A stretch of DNA of 64,000 nucleotides. Origin: an uncultured bacterium. GTDB lineage: Bacteria > Armatimonadota > Abditibacteriia > Abditibacteriales > Abditibacteriaceae. Positions within the stretch are counted from its first letter, which is position 1; the number at the start of each line of letters is the position of its first letter. Where the stretch lies: positions 1,674,001-1,738,000 of the forward strand of contig CAWJLW010000006.1 of assembly GCA_963843795.1 (NCBI GenBank). Reading direction: 5' to 3'. Shown one piece after another: positions 29,341-40,582 of the stretch. The notes beneath the pieces are model-generated. The model was not told where the DNA came from, searched no databases, and worked only from the letters and a program-made list of their open reading frames with translations. A program made the translations under genes and the position numbers.

Positions 29341-31474
29341 ATGCTGAGTCGTCGTCCCGTTCAATATGTCGGATTGGCCCTGCTGGTTTTGGCTTCTCTC
29401 GTCGTCATCTTTTTTCCCATCGGCCCGCGCCCGCAAGAGCAGCCCTACACGCTGGAACTGGTAGCGCCCAAGTCTTTTGACGAGTTGGCCAAAGCTCGCC
29501 AAAAAGCCTGCTGCCGATAAAGCAAAGCCCGCTGCGCTCAGTGATAACACGCCGGTGGCTTTGGCCGATGCAGCTTTGAACTCGGAATTTAAAACCGAAA
29601 AGTTGCCCGGTGCCTTGGAACTCGGCGCGCAAGAAACATCCGACGCTGCCTCGGCGACATCGGCTGCGGGCGCGCGCACGGCGACTCTCACCGACCGCGC
29701 AACGACTCAGGCCGAAGCACAGGCGCGCACGCAGCGCATTCTCAAAGCCCTGAGCGGCCCATTTCCCGGCATCAAGCTGGCTTCAGACACCGCCACGCGC
29801 GCTGAACTGCCCGCCAAACCATTGTTCGCGCTGGGCGACACGGCGATTTTTTCGCCAAAAACCCAAAATGGAGTTCCGGTGCCCGCTGTTAAACTCGGTC
29901 TCGATTTGCAGGGCGGCGTCAACCTGGTGCTGCAAGTGCGACGCGCTTTATATTCGTATCGCGTTGATGATAAAACCGCTGCCACGCTTAAAACCGCCGA
30001 AGCGCGCGACGCTTTCGCTTCGCGCGTTCGCGATGCGCTGGCTGGTGCACCGCGCGATTTGTTGCTTAACGAAGCCGACGTTTCCCTCAATGCCAGCGCG
30101 CCTGGCGTAATTGAGGTGCGCACGCAGGCCGCCGACCGCAACGTTTTTAAAGCCCAGCAAACCGCCATCGAAAACGCGCTCAAAAGCGGTTTGCAAGGCG
30201 TCACGCTCACCCCTGCCCGCGAAGCGCAATTCTTCGATCCCGCTGAAAATGCTGGCGGCGGTCAAACCGGCCAGAAAGTCGATCAAGGTCAAGTTTTGGA
30301 TCGCGCTGTTGAAATTTTGCGTTCGCGCGTCGATAGCTTGGGTGTGAGCGAACCGCAAATTCAAAAACAGTTACCCGACCGCATTATTGTGCAGCTCCCC
30401 GGCGTCAATGACCCTCAAAAAGCGGTCGATGTCATTGGCCAAACCGCACAGATGCAGATTCGCTTATTGCCTCAGAACCTTGATGCCTCGCCCGATCCCA
30501 ACGATCAAGGCAACACGATTTTTCGCGACAAAACCACAGGGAACATTGTTCCGCCCAGCGTGGTGAAAGAGCAATCTCAACTGATTGTAGACGGTCAGGA
30601 TGTTAAACCAACTTCGACTGTGGGCTACGATCAAGGCCAGCAACCGGCAGTTTCGTTCGAACTACAGGGCGAAGGCGCGACGCGTTTTGGACAAATTACG
30701 GCGGCCAACATCGGTCGTCAAATGCCGATTTTTCTGGACGAACGCGCAATATCGGCTCCTGTAATTCGTTCGGCTATTACTGGCGGCAGCGGACAGATTT
30801 CGGGGGGTTTCAAAAATCTGGACGAAGCGCGCAATTTGGCTTTGTTGTTGAATTCGGGCGCATTGCCCGCGCCGATTGATGTGGTCGAAAATCGCACGGT
30901 TTCGGCGACCTTAGGCGCTGATTCGCTGACCAAGAGTTTGCGCGCCGGTTTAATTGGCATTCTCGCCGTTGTTGTCTTCATGATTTTGTATTACCGCTTA
31001 CCGGGAGTGCTGGCGAACTGCGCTCTGGTGGTTTATTGCATATTGAACTTAGCGGTTTTCGTGCTCATTGGTGGCACCTTGACCTTGCCCGGCATCGCGG
31101 GCTTTTTGCTGGCGATAGCGATGTCGTTGGACACCAACATTTTGGTGTTCGAGCGATTGCGCGAAGAGATGGGGATTCAGCCGACATTTGCCGGAGCGTT
31201 GCGCGCGGCATTTTCGCGCGCATGGACAGCAATTTTAGATTCGCACGTTACGACACTTATCGCTTCGGTTGTGCTGTTCAACTTGGGCACCGGCCCGGTC
31301 AAAGGCTTTGCTTTAACGCTTGGCATCGGTGTTTTGCTGAGCTTGTTCTCGGCCATCAGCGTGACGCGCTTGTTCATGTGGAGCGTGGCCGGTTTGGGCG
31401 AAAAGAATCGTTCGTTGTTTGGCAAGCCCGTCCCACGTCGCGAAACACCGACTTCAACGGTTACGGCACGCTGA
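29341..31474 (+). CDS. secD: Protein translocase subunit SecD (one apparent frameshift near 29491)
   Basis: N-terminal TM (MLSRRPVQYVGLALL..) is in a different frame from KLGLDLQGG, GVSEPQIQ, SGALP, DTNILVFERLREE, GPVKGFA. Confidence 0.92.
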
Positions 31475-31565
31475 ATTTGTTGTAGAAAAAGCCACTGCAA
31501 GTACTTGCAGGGCATAATTGAGATTTAATTAGGCGCGGAGTGCAAGCGCCATACGGATAGAAACG

Positions 31566-32855
31566 ATGGATTTTCGCGGTAAAAACATTGATCTGGTCGG
31601 CAAATTGTGGTTATGGTTCGGCATTTCGCTGGCCGTCATCGTGATTGGTGTCGGCTCGTGGATGGCGTTCGGCCTTAATCTGGGCATCGACTTCAAGGGC
31701 GGCGGCCAATTGCAATATCGCATCCCGGTCGCTCAGCGCCCGGCAGCTGGTCAGGATGTCGCGCTCTTGAACAGCGTCCGCACGCAACTGGAAAGCAAGG
31801 GCGTTCGCAATCCGGGTCTGCAAATCGCGGGTGGCGATACCCTTGTCGTGCAGACTGATGCGCGCGGCGATAACGAGTTAAGTGCCCAAGAACGCAATAT
31901 CACTCAAGCTCTGGCCGCGCAGTGGAAAGTCGATACAACTGCCAATCCCGATGCCTTGAAGCCGCTGAGCCGCGAACTGGTCGGTCCGGTTATTGGCAAG
32001 GAACTGCGTAATAACGCCATCAAAGGCGTGGTGTTAGGCGTATTGCTCATCGCGTGCTGGATTTACATTCGCTATAACTTCGCGGGCGATGGTTTGCGCT
32101 ACGCGGTCGCGGGCATCGTTGCCCTCCTGCACGACGTTCTGGTGCTATTGGGCTTGTTCGCGCTGATTGGAAGAATCGACCCGCGCGTGGAAATTGACGG
32201 TGCGTTTATCGCGGCCTTGCTCACGGTCGTCGGTTATTCGATCAATGACAGCGTGGTTATTTTCGACCGCTTGCGTGAAAACCTGCGCGTGCGCCGCAAA
32301 GAAGAATTCAACACGGTGGTCAATGATTCGCTGCTCGAAACCATGAGCCGCTCGATTAACACCGGTTTGACGGTGATTATAATGCTGGTCGCGCTGCTTT
32401 TGTTGGGCGGCGAAAGCATTTATAACTTCGTGCTGGCGATGCTGGTCGGTATCGTTTCCGGCTTATATTCTTCCATTTTCAACGCTTCGATGGTTCTTGT
32501 GGCGTGGCACAACTGGGAAGAAAAAAAGCGCTTGCAGTCGCGCAGCGGCGGTCGCAGTGTGGCCACAGCGGGCGCGACTCGTTCGGGTGCAACTCGTTCG
32601 ACTGCGACGCGTTCGGGCAACAGCAGCGTGGCCGCTGGGGCGGCGCGCACGGGAGCAGCGCGCACGGGTGCTGCTCGTTCACTCACCACCAACGGCGTGG
32701 TTTCATCGGTCACAGATACAGCGTCGAATACGGAGGATGTCCCCGATACTCAAAGCGAAATCGCTTCCGAGGAAAATTCAACTACGCGCGCCGAAGGCGC
32801 GATACCCAATCGAGTTGATCCACCGCGCAAAGCCCGCGCGAAACGTAGATTTTAA
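31566..32855 (+). CDS. secF: Protein translocase subunit SecF with long low-complexity C-terminal tail
   Basis: LGIDFKGG, VGPVIG, HDV, GYSINDSVVIFDRLREN. Confidence 0.95.
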   Translation: MDFRGKNIDLVGKLWLWFGISLAVIVIGVGSWMAFGLNLGIDFKGGGQLQYRIPVAQRPAAGQDVALLNSVRTQLESKGVRNPGLQIAGGDTLVVQTDARGDNELSAQERNITQALAAQWKVDTTANPDALKPLSRELVGPVIGKELRNNAIKGVVLGVLLIACWIYIRYNFAGDGLRYAVAGIVALLHDVLVLLGLFALIGRIDPRVEIDGAFIAALLTVVGYSINDSVVIFDRLRENLRVRRKEEFNTVVNDSLLETMSRSINTGLTVIIMLVALLLLGGESIYNFVLAMLVGIVSGLYSSIFNASMVLVAWHNWEEKKRLQSRSGGRSVATAGATRSGATRSTATRSGNSSVAAGAARTGAARTGAARSLTTNGVVSSVTDTASNTEDVPDTQSEIASEENSTTRAEGAIPNRVDPPRKARAKRRF

Positions 32856-32969
32856 GCTTCGATAGGGTTTAGATTTAAAAACCGTTTGATTCAATAGGAT
32901 GGATTTAACGTCTCGCAAGTACTTGCATCAGCCTTGTGCCCTGCAAGCACTTGCGGCGCGTTTGCGTTT

Positions 32970-33530
32970 ATGGATGCACTGCGACCGTACACATTAGAAA
33001 TTGTTCTAGTTTTGGCTTTCATCGTTTTAGTGCAGTGGATCGCACTTTCGATGAGCAATGCGCGTCTCAAAACTATGAGCCGCACCGTTCGCCAATTATT
33101 GACTGGCCCCGAAGGTGCCGATCTGGAAACGATGCTGCAAGGCCATCTGGCTTCTGTCGATGCAATGGGCGCGCGCACCGAGGAACTGGGCAGTCAATTG
33201 AGCGAGCTGTCCATTAAAATGCGCAACTGCGTGCAAAGCGTTGGTATGGTGCGCTTCGATGCTTTCGGTGATGTTTCGGGCGGCCAGTCGTTTTCGGTCG
33301 CGCTTTTGGACGGCCTGAAAAATGGCGTTGTTATCACCGGTTTGTATGGCCGTAGCGACAGCCGTTGTTTTGGCAAACTCATCTCAAACGGCCAAAGCGA
33401 ACAATTGCTGTCCGAAGAAGAAAGCAGTGCGCTGGAAATCGCGCTACAAGGCGGCGGCTCACAGTTCGATCCGACACAAAATTCGCCCGCTCGCGGACGC
33501 GCTCGGCGCAAAGCGCGCAATAATGATTAA
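32970..33530 (+). CDS. DUF4446 family protein
   Basis: N-terminal TM, coiled coil, [34 protein letters not shown]. Confidence 0.8.
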   Translation: MDALRPYTLEIVLVLAFIVLVQWIALSMSNARLKTMSRTVRQLLTGPEGADLETMLQGHLASVDAMGARTEELGSQLSELSIKMRNCVQSVGMVRFDAFGDVSGGQSFSVALLDGLKNGVVITGLYGRSDSRCFGKLISNGQSEQLLSEEESSALEIALQGGGSQFDPTQNSPARGRARRKARNND

Positions 33531-33543
33531 GCCCAGAATTTTC

Positions 33544-33990
33544 ATGTCAGAACCTCACACTCTCGCCGTTGAAATTCAACGTCTCGACCCTGAAATCGAA
33601 CTGCCGCGTTATCAAACGTTGGGCGCAGCAGGCATGGACGTGCGCGCGTCTCACCCTTGCACTTTGCAAAGCGGCGAAACGCAACTGGTAGCGACCGGCT
33701 TTTCGATTGCCGTGCCTATGGGCTATGAAGCGCAGTTGCGTCCTCGTTCGGGCCTGGCATTGAAAAATGGTCTCACGCTGTTGAATTCTCCCGGCACAAT
33801 CGACAGCGATTATCGCGGAGAAGTCAAGGTCATCTTGACCAATCTGGGCAGCGAAACTTTTGAGGTCAAACGCGGCGACCGCATCGCGCAATTGGTCATT
33901 GCCCCGGTCGAGCGCGTGCACTGGCAGGAAGTTGAAACTTTGAGCGAAACCGTGCGCAGCGATGGCGGTTTCGGTCACTCGGGCTTATGA
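33544..33990 (+). CDS. dut: dUTP diphosphatase (start may be 33523)
   Basis: [33 protein letters not shown]. Confidence 0.96.
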   Translation: MSEPHTLAVEIQRLDPEIELPRYQTLGAAGMDVRASHPCTLQSGETQLVATGFSIAVPMGYEAQLRPRSGLALKNGLTLLNSPGTIDSDYRGEVKVILTNLGSETFEVKRGDRIAQLVIAPVERVHWQEVETLSETVRSDGGFGHSGL

Positions 33991-34078
33991 GTTTGAAGAA
34001 ATAAACCCTGCACGTACTGGCCACCCAGACTTGCGCTCAGTGTTGCATTGGTGTTGCAAATGATGAAAAATGAAATAT

Positions 34079-34166
34079 GGAGGGATGGCAGAGTGGTCGA
34101 TTGCGACGGTCTTGAAAACCGTTGAGGCGAAAGTCTCCGGGGGTTCGAATCCCTCTCCCTCCGCCA
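34079..34166 (+). tRNA. tRNA-Ser(TGA)
   Basis: Acceptor GGAGGGA/TCCCTCC, anticodon arm ACGGT-CTTGAAA-ACCGT, long variable arm, GGTTCGAATCC, encoded CCA. Confidence 0.96.
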
Positions 34167-34171
34167 AAACA

Positions 34172-34202
34172 AAAACCGCGCTTCATAATGAAGCGCGGTT
34201 TT
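34172..34202. terminator. Bidirectional hairpin terminator after tRNA-Ser
   Basis: AAAACCGCGCTTCAT-A-ATGAAGCGCGGTTTT. Confidence 0.8.
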
Positions 34203-34226
34203 CGGTTTTCCGGTCGGATGTTTAAA

Positions 34227-34745
34227 TTAGTAGCCCGATTCGCGTCCGGCAGGAGCATTGGCGGGTGGCGCGTTGCCAGCAGCTCTGCCAGCATCGGCAC
34301 CAGCGCTTTCGCTTGGAGCGGGAGACGCGTCGTTGGCTGGAGCCGAATTCGGCGGCGGCACGTTGACTGTCACGTTAGTGTTGGTCGATGAACGACCTGC
34401 TGCTCCACTGGGCGCGCCCGCATTGGGAACCGGAGTCGCCACAACTGTGCGGTTGGTCGTAGTATTCGTTGTGGTGTTGCGCTCAATCACGCGATCTGGT
34501 GGCTGCACCACAACGGTTGGCGGCGCAGAGGTAGGCGCGTCGACGACAACGGGCACTTGCTCAACAACTGTGTTGGTTACTGTACTGGGGGCGCTCGATG
34601 GTTGCGTCACAACGACTGTATTATCAACAACTTCACTGGGACGTGTGGCAAAATAAGCGACTGCTGCGATGATTAGTATCAACGCGGCTACTCCGGCAAT
34701 TAGGGCGGTGTTACTGTCTTTGCGGGCCTCAGGATCGTAAGCCAT
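34227..34745 (-). CDS. Hypothetical membrane-anchored Pro/Thr/Ala-rich protein
   Basis: RBS GAGG; single N-terminal TM, then low-complexity tail. Confidence 0.7.
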   Translation of the reverse strand: MAYDPEARKDSNTALIAGVAALILIIAAVAYFATRPSEVVDNTVVVTQPSSAPSTVTNTVVEQVPVVVDAPTSAPPTVVVQPPDRVIERNTTTNTTTNRTVVATPVPNAGAPSGAAGRSSTNTNVTVNVPPPNSAPANDASPAPSESAGADAGRAAGNAPPANAPAGRESGY

Positions 34746-34835
34746 AATGTTTCCTCTCTAAACAATTATTTTGCGACGGTGCATTTATTCTGCGTAAATG
34801 CATTGTGAAGCGAGACGGGAAGCGACACGAACGGT

Positions 34836-34994
34836 TCAAAAGATGTTGTTGGTAATCAACAACCACGACGCGAACGCACCGGCGACGAAAGAAATCAAAA
34901 GCGCCAGTTTGGACGTGCCGCTGGACGTGACAGTGGGGCGGTTGACGACGGGTTCAGGCTGGTTGGGCGTGACAGGGGACTGATTTTCGGCCAT
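34836..34994 (-). CDS. Small membrane protein (52 aa)
   Basis: RBS GAGGTG; MAENQSPVTPNQPEP..KLALLISFVAGAFASWLLITNNIF. Confidence 0.55.
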   Translation of the reverse strand: MAENQSPVTPNQPEPVVNRPTVTSSGTSKLALLISFVAGAFASWLLITNNIF

Positions 34995-35128
34995 AATGCA
35001 CCTCGCTGTAAATTTTGCAACTTCCAATTTTGGATTGCCTTAACTATACCGCATCTGCGGACCATTATTCCATCGGTGCGCGCCTCAATGCAATTTGCGC
35101 GCCATTTTCACTATTTTACACTTCCATT

Positions 35129-36004
35129 ATGAAAGGTATCGTTCTCGCCGGCGGCAGCGGCACTCGCCTCTACCCACTCACACAAGTCGTCTCCAAACAA
35201 TTGTTGCCCGTTTATGACAAGCCAATGATTTATTACCCGCTGTCAGCGCTTCTGCTGTCGGGAATGCGCGACATTTTATTGATTTCTACACCGCAGGATT
35301 TACCATTATTCGAGCGTTTACTTGGCGATGGTTCACAACTCGGCGTCAATTTTCAATATGCGGTGCAACCCGCGCCAGAAGGATTGGCGCAGGCATTTCA
35401 CATTGGACGCGATTTCGTTGATGGTGGGCCGGCGTGCCTGATTCTCGGCGACAACATCTTCTATGGTCAAGGTTTGCCCGACGACTTAACCGCCGCCGCT
35501 CAACGCGCGCAAACGCAAAGCGGGGCGACAGTTTTCGGCTACTGGGTCAAAGACCCGCAGCGTTATGGCGTGCTTGGTTTTGACGACAATAATCTGGTGA
35601 CTTCAATTGAAGAAAAGCCGGAGAAACCGCAATCGCATTATGCCGTTGTTGGACTATATTTTTATGATCGCGATATTACCGAAATCGCCGCCAACATCGC
35701 ACCCAGTGCGCGCGGCGAATTTGAGATTACCGATGTCAACCGCAAGTACTTGCAGCGCGGCGATTTGCAGGCGCAAATCATGGGACGCGGCACGGCGTGG
35801 CTCGACACCGGCACGCACGAATCGCTGATGGAAGCCGGTAATTTCATCGAAACCATTGAAAAACGTCAGGGCTTAAAAGTCGCGTGTCTGGAAGAAATCG
35901 CGTGGGAAATGGGCTACATTGACGCCGAACAAGTGCTGCGCTTGGCCGCAGGGCTGGGCAAAACTGAATACGCGCAATATTTGCGCGACCGCGTCAACGA
36001 ATAA
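35129..36004 (+). CDS. rfbA: Glucose-1-phosphate thymidylyltransferase
   Basis: [44 protein letters not shown]. Confidence 0.97.
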   Translation: MKGIVLAGGSGTRLYPLTQVVSKQLLPVYDKPMIYYPLSALLLSGMRDILLISTPQDLPLFERLLGDGSQLGVNFQYAVQPAPEGLAQAFHIGRDFVDGGPACLILGDNIFYGQGLPDDLTAAAQRAQTQSGATVFGYWVKDPQRYGVLGFDDNNLVTSIEEKPEKPQSHYAVVGLYFYDRDITEIAANIAPSARGEFEITDVNRKYLQRGDLQAQIMGRGTAWLDTGTHESLMEAGNFIETIEKRQGLKVACLEEIAWEMGYIDAEQVLRLAAGLGKTEYAQYLRDRVNE

Positions 36005-36071
36005 ATTCACACCGGGCTGCAAGTACTTGCAGCACTCACTTTGATTGCAGCACTCAATTCAGATTTATTTT

Positions 36072-36647
36072 ATGCAAATAATTGAAACCGTTTTACCCGA
36101 AGTCAAAATTATCGAACCGCGCGTATTTCCCGATGCGCGCGGCTTTTTTCTGGAGACTTTTCACGCCGAGAAGTACTTGCAGGCTGGCATTGAGACCACG
36201 TTTGTGCAGGATAACCATTCGCGTTCGTGTCGCGGCACGTTGCGCGGCTTGCATTTTCAATTGCATCAGCCACAGGGTAAATTGTGTCGCGTGGCGAGTG
36301 GGCGCGTGTGGGATGTCGCGGTCGATATTCGTCATGGCTCGCCGCGTTTCGGGCAATGGGTCGGTGTTGAATTGTCCGATGAAAATCAGCGCCAAATCTG
36401 GGTGCCGCGCGGTTTTGCTCACGGCTTCCTCGTGCTATCCGAGTTCGCCGATTTTTTGTATAAATGCGACGATTTTTATGATGGCAACGATGATTGCGGT
36501 GTGGCGTGGGACGATGACGAAATCGGCGTCGCGTGGCCCATTGGGCAGATGAAAGACGAATTGATTTTATCTCCCAAAGACAAAATTCGACCGCGCTTAA
36601 GCGAATTATCTGCCGAGCAATTGCCGGATTACAACACGCTGCGCTGA
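36072..36647 (+). CDS. rfbC: dTDP-4-dehydrorhamnose 3,5-epimerase
   Basis: DARGFFLE, FVQDNHSRS, LRGLHFQ, GFAHGF. Confidence 0.96.
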   Translation: MQIIETVLPEVKIIEPRVFPDARGFFLETFHAEKYLQAGIETTFVQDNHSRSCRGTLRGLHFQLHQPQGKLCRVASGRVWDVAVDIRHGSPRFGQWVGVELSDENQRQIWVPRGFAHGFLVLSEFADFLYKCDDFYDGNDDCGVAWDDDEIGVAWPIGQMKDELILSPKDKIRPRLSELSAEQLPDYNTLR

Positions 36648-36684
36648 CACTTACGCCCTGCAAGTACTTGCAGGGCGTTAGTGT
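36647..36684. terminator. Motif-centred hairpin after rfbC
   Basis: ACACTTACGCCCTGCAAGT|ACTTGCAGGGCGTTAGTGT (one mismatch), then TTT. Confidence 0.75.
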
Positions 36685-36807
36685 TTTCTAAGGGCACTTA
36701 TTATCAATTACTTGAAGCGGCGATAAGTCGGAACGGTCTTATGTTCACGCCCCCATCAGTTAAATTAGGATGCGTCCTTTTCCCGTTTTTTCTTCTGGAG
36801 TGATATT

Positions 36808-37629
36808 ATGGCCAGCTCTCCCGCAACTTCCGCCACACGTCCCAAGCGTAATCTATTCACGACTGCCAATGGCAAGAAATTGGTCATGGCCATCACCGGT
36901 TTGGCGCTGTGCGGCTTTCTGTTTTTTCACCTCGCTGGCAACCTGTTATTGTTGCAAGGCGGCGGCTGGTTCAACAATTACGCATCGTTTCTGAACGCGA
37001 TTCCGTTTTTGCTCATCATCGAGTTAGGCTTAGCCGCCATTGTTTTTCTGCACGCGTGGGAAGGTTACACGGTGTGGAAGGGCAATAAAGCGGCGCGCGG
37101 CGATCAGCAATATCATTACAAAGAATGGACCAAGCAGAAAAAAAGCGATAAAAGCCGCAAAAGCGTCGCTTCGACCACAATGATGGCGACCGGCATTATT
37201 CTTTTGCTGTTCATGCTGATGCATGTCTGGCACTTCAAATATCATCATTCTATCGGCCCAGCCAATCCGATTGCCGCCGAACATTCTGGTGAAACCGCGC
37301 CCGCAATTGGCGTTATCAATGCTGGAGCTGCCGCATCCGAAAGCCAGACCAAAGCCGAAACTAAAGTCGAAACCATGCAGTTGGCGCAGCACGTGATTTA
37401 CGAGTTGCAAAAACCGTATGTTTTAGTGCTGTATTTACTGTGCATGGCTGCGGTCGGTATGCATTTGTATCACGCGGTCGGTTCAAGTTTGCAAACCTTG
37501 GGCGCGGGCAGCAGCCGTTTCGGACAGGCGATCTGGTATTTTGGGCGCGCCTTTGCCGCGATTATTGGTGGCGCATTTTTCCTTTTACCGATTTGGATCG
37601 CGTTTTTTGCCAAGATGCCGAACTTGTAA
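36808..37629 (+). CDS. sdhC: Succinate dehydrogenase cytochrome b subunit
   Basis: GKKLVMAITG, HLAGN, HLYHA..SSLQTLG; position before sdhA. Confidence 0.88.
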   Translation: MASSPATSATRPKRNLFTTANGKKLVMAITGLALCGFLFFHLAGNLLLLQGGGWFNNYASFLNAIPFLLIIELGLAAIVFLHAWEGYTVWKGNKAARGDQQYHYKEWTKQKKSDKSRKSVASTTMMATGIILLLFMLMHVWHFKYHHSIGPANPIAAEHSGETAPAIGVINAGAAASESQTKAETKVETMQLAQHVIYELQKPYVLVLYLLCMAAVGMHLYHAVGSSLQTLGAGSSRFGQAIWYFGRAFAAIIGGAFFLLPIWIAFFAKMPNL

Positions 37630-37736
37630 TTCTGAATTGAAACGTCCGTAATGCCACAGCGACGCGGCAAGTACTTGCAGCCCAAACCAGAGACAAAGCT
37701 CGCGCGTTGGGCGCGAGATTCCCCAAAGATTGCGCC

Positions 37737-39661
37737 ATGAAATTAGATTCTAAAATCCCCTCCGGGCCACTTGATGCGAAGTGGGACAACCATCGCTTCG
37801 ATCTGAAATTGGTCAATCCGGCCAACAAGCGCAAGTTCACCATCATCTGCGTCGGCACCGGGTTTGGCTGGCGCTTCGGCGTCGGCGTCGCTTTCGCGAA
37901 TTGGGCTACAACGTGCTCAACTTTCACCTATCACGACAGCCCGCGCCGCGCGCACTCTATCGCCGCGCAAGGCGGCATCAACGCCGCCAAAAACTACGCC
38001 AACGATGGCGACAGCGTTTATCGTTTGTTCTACGACACCATCAAAGGCGGCGACTATCGTTCGCGCGAAGCCAACGTTTATCGCTTGGCGCAAGTCGCCA
38101 ACCACATCATCGACCAATGCGTCGCGCAAGGCGTGCCCTTCGCGCGCGAATATGGCGGGCTTCTCGACAATCGTTCGTTCGGTGGCGCGCAGCTTTCGCG
38201 CACTTTTTATGCGCGCGGCCAAACCGGACAGCAGCTTTTGCTGGGCGCTTATTCGGCGCTGATGAAGCAGGTCGATGCGGGCGGCGTGACGGTTTACAAT
38301 CGTCGCGAAATGCTCGATGTTGTTGTCGTCGACGGACAGGCGCGCGGCATCACGGTGCGCAACTTGCTGACTGGCGAAATCGAAACTTACGCGGCCGATG
38401 CGGTGATGCTGTGCACCGGCGGCTATTCCAACGTTTATTTTCTTTCGACCAACGCCATCAACTGCAACGTGACCGCAGCGTGGCGCGCGCACAAAAAAGG
38501 CGCGTTGTTCGCCAATCCGTGCTACACGCAGATTCACCCGACCTGTATTCCGGTTTCGGGCGACGCACCAATCGAAACTGACTTTGATGTCGGAAAGTTT
38601 GCGCAACGATGGCCGCGTTTGGGTTCCGAAAAAAGAGGGTGACAAGCGTCCCGCAACACAAATTCCCGAAGCCGAGCGCGATTATTATCTCGAACGCCGT
38701 TATCCGAGCTTTGGCAACCTCGTGCCGCGCGACGTGGCGAGCCGCGCCGCCAAAGCGGTCTGCGATGAAGGTCGCGGCGTCGGGCGAGCGGATTGGCGGT
38801 TTATCTCGATTTCGCCGATGCCATCAAGCGTTCGGGCGAAGACACGATTCGCGCGCGCTACGGCAACTTGTTCCAGATGTACGAAAAAATCACCGATGAC
38901 AATCCGTATCAAACGCCGATGCGCATTTATCCCGCCGTGCATTACACGATGGGCGGTTTGTGGGTCGATTACAACCTGATGACGACCGTTCCCGGCCTGT
39001 ATGCGCTGGGCGAAGCCAACTTCTCCGATCACGGCGCCAACCGTTTGGGCGCGAGCGCGTTGATGCAAGGTTTGGCCGATGGCTATTTCGTGATTCCTTA
39101 CACCATCGGCGATTATCTCGCAGGCACGCCACGCGAGCCGAGTCACGACCGATCATCCGGCGTTCAAAGAATCGGCGCACGAAGTTTCGCAGCGTATCAA
39201 CAAACTGCTCAGCATTCAAGGGTGAACGCACGGTGATCGATTTCCATCGCGAACTGGGCCAAATCGTGTGGGACAAAATCGGCATGGCGCGCACCAAAGA
39301 AGGTTTGCAAGAAGCCATCAAGGAAATTGCCGCTTTGCGCAACGAGTTCTGGCAAAACGTCAAGATTCCGGGCGACGCCAATTACCTCAACCAGAATCTG
39401 GAGCGCGCCGGTCGCGTGGCCGATTTTATGGAATTCGCCGAATTGATGGCGCGCGATGCTTTGAACCGCAACGAATCGTGCGGCGGCCATTTCCGCGAAG
39501 AATATCAAACGCCCGATGGCGAGGCGTTGCGCGACGACGACAATTATTCTTACGTTTCGGCGTGGGAATGGAATGGTTTGGACAAAGAACCGATTTTGAA
39601 CAAAGAGCCGCTGGATTACGAGTTTATCCATCGCATCGCTCTACAACGCAGCTATAAGTAG
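37737..39661 (+). CDS. sdhA: Succinate dehydrogenase/fumarate reductase flavoprotein; several apparent frameshifts
   Basis: [51 protein letters not shown] spread over three frames. Confidence 0.92.
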
Positions 39662-39678
39662 CGGCAGAAGGAGTCTTT

Positions 39679-40481
39679 ATGCCCGCCGATTTCGCTAATA
39701 ATCCGATAGAAGAACTGCATGCGACGCAAGACGAAATGACACTCAAGCTCATCGTGTGGCGTCAGCCCAACCCGCAACAGCAAAGGCGGCATGGTCGAAT
39801 ACACCGTCAACGATATTTCGCCCGATATGTCGTTTCTGGAAATGCTCGATGTCTTGAACGAAGAATTAATTTTGAAGGGCGACGATCCGATTACCTTCGA
39901 GCACGATTGTCGCGAAGGCATTTGCGGCAGTTGCGGTTTCATGGTCAATGGCATCGCGCACGGCCCCGACGAGGGCACGACGGTTTGCCAACTTCACATG
40001 CGCCGTTTCAAAAATCACGACACGATTTATCTCGAACCGTGGCGCGCGCAAAGCGTTTCCGGTCATCAAAGATTTGATGGTTGACCGCGCTGCTTTCGAC
40101 CGCATCATCGGCGCGGGCGGCTATATTTCGGTGAAAACCGGAGCCGCACCCGATGCCAACGCAACGCCCGTCCCCAAAGCCCACGCCGACGCCGCTTTCG
40201 ACGCCGCCGCGTGCATCGGCTGCGGCGCGTGCGTCGCGCAGTGCAAAAACGCCAGCGCCGCTTTGTTCACCAGCGCCAAAATTGCGCAACTCAGCTTGCT
40301 GCCGCAAGGCCAGCCCGAAGCGCCGCGCCGCGTGCAGCGCATGGTGATTCAAATGGACGAAGAAGGTTTCGGCAACTGCTCGAACGAAGGCGAATGCGAA
40401 GCCGTGTGCCCGAAAGGAATTTCGATGACCAACATCGCGCGCATGAACCGCGAATACGAAAAATCGTTCTTCAAGAAATAA
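39679..40481 (+). CDS. sdhB: Succinate dehydrogenase iron-sulfur subunit; two apparent frameshifts (about 39785 and 40050)
   Basis: [34 protein letters not shown]. Confidence 0.92.
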
Positions 40482-40503
40482 ACTGTCATTTCAGATACAA
40501 AAC

Positions 40504-40529
40504 GCGCGCTGCAAGTACTTGCAGCGCGC
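40504..40529. terminator. Motif-centred hairpin after sdhB
   Basis: GCGCGCTGCAAGT|ACTTGCAGCGCGC, then TCTTTT. Confidence 0.75.
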
Positions 40530-40582
40530 TCTTTTCGTATTATCAGCGATAGAAATCCATCCAATCTGGGAATAGATGAATC

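Noticed and set aside
29341..29520. Programmed frameshift or separate leader peptide in secD
   Set aside because: Removing one A in GCCAAAGCTC restores a continuous SecD including TM1. Similar single-base errors are common in this assembly.
34079..34994. Genomic island integrated at tRNA-Ser
   Set aside because: No integrase is present, and I saw no duplicated tRNA 3' end in the window.
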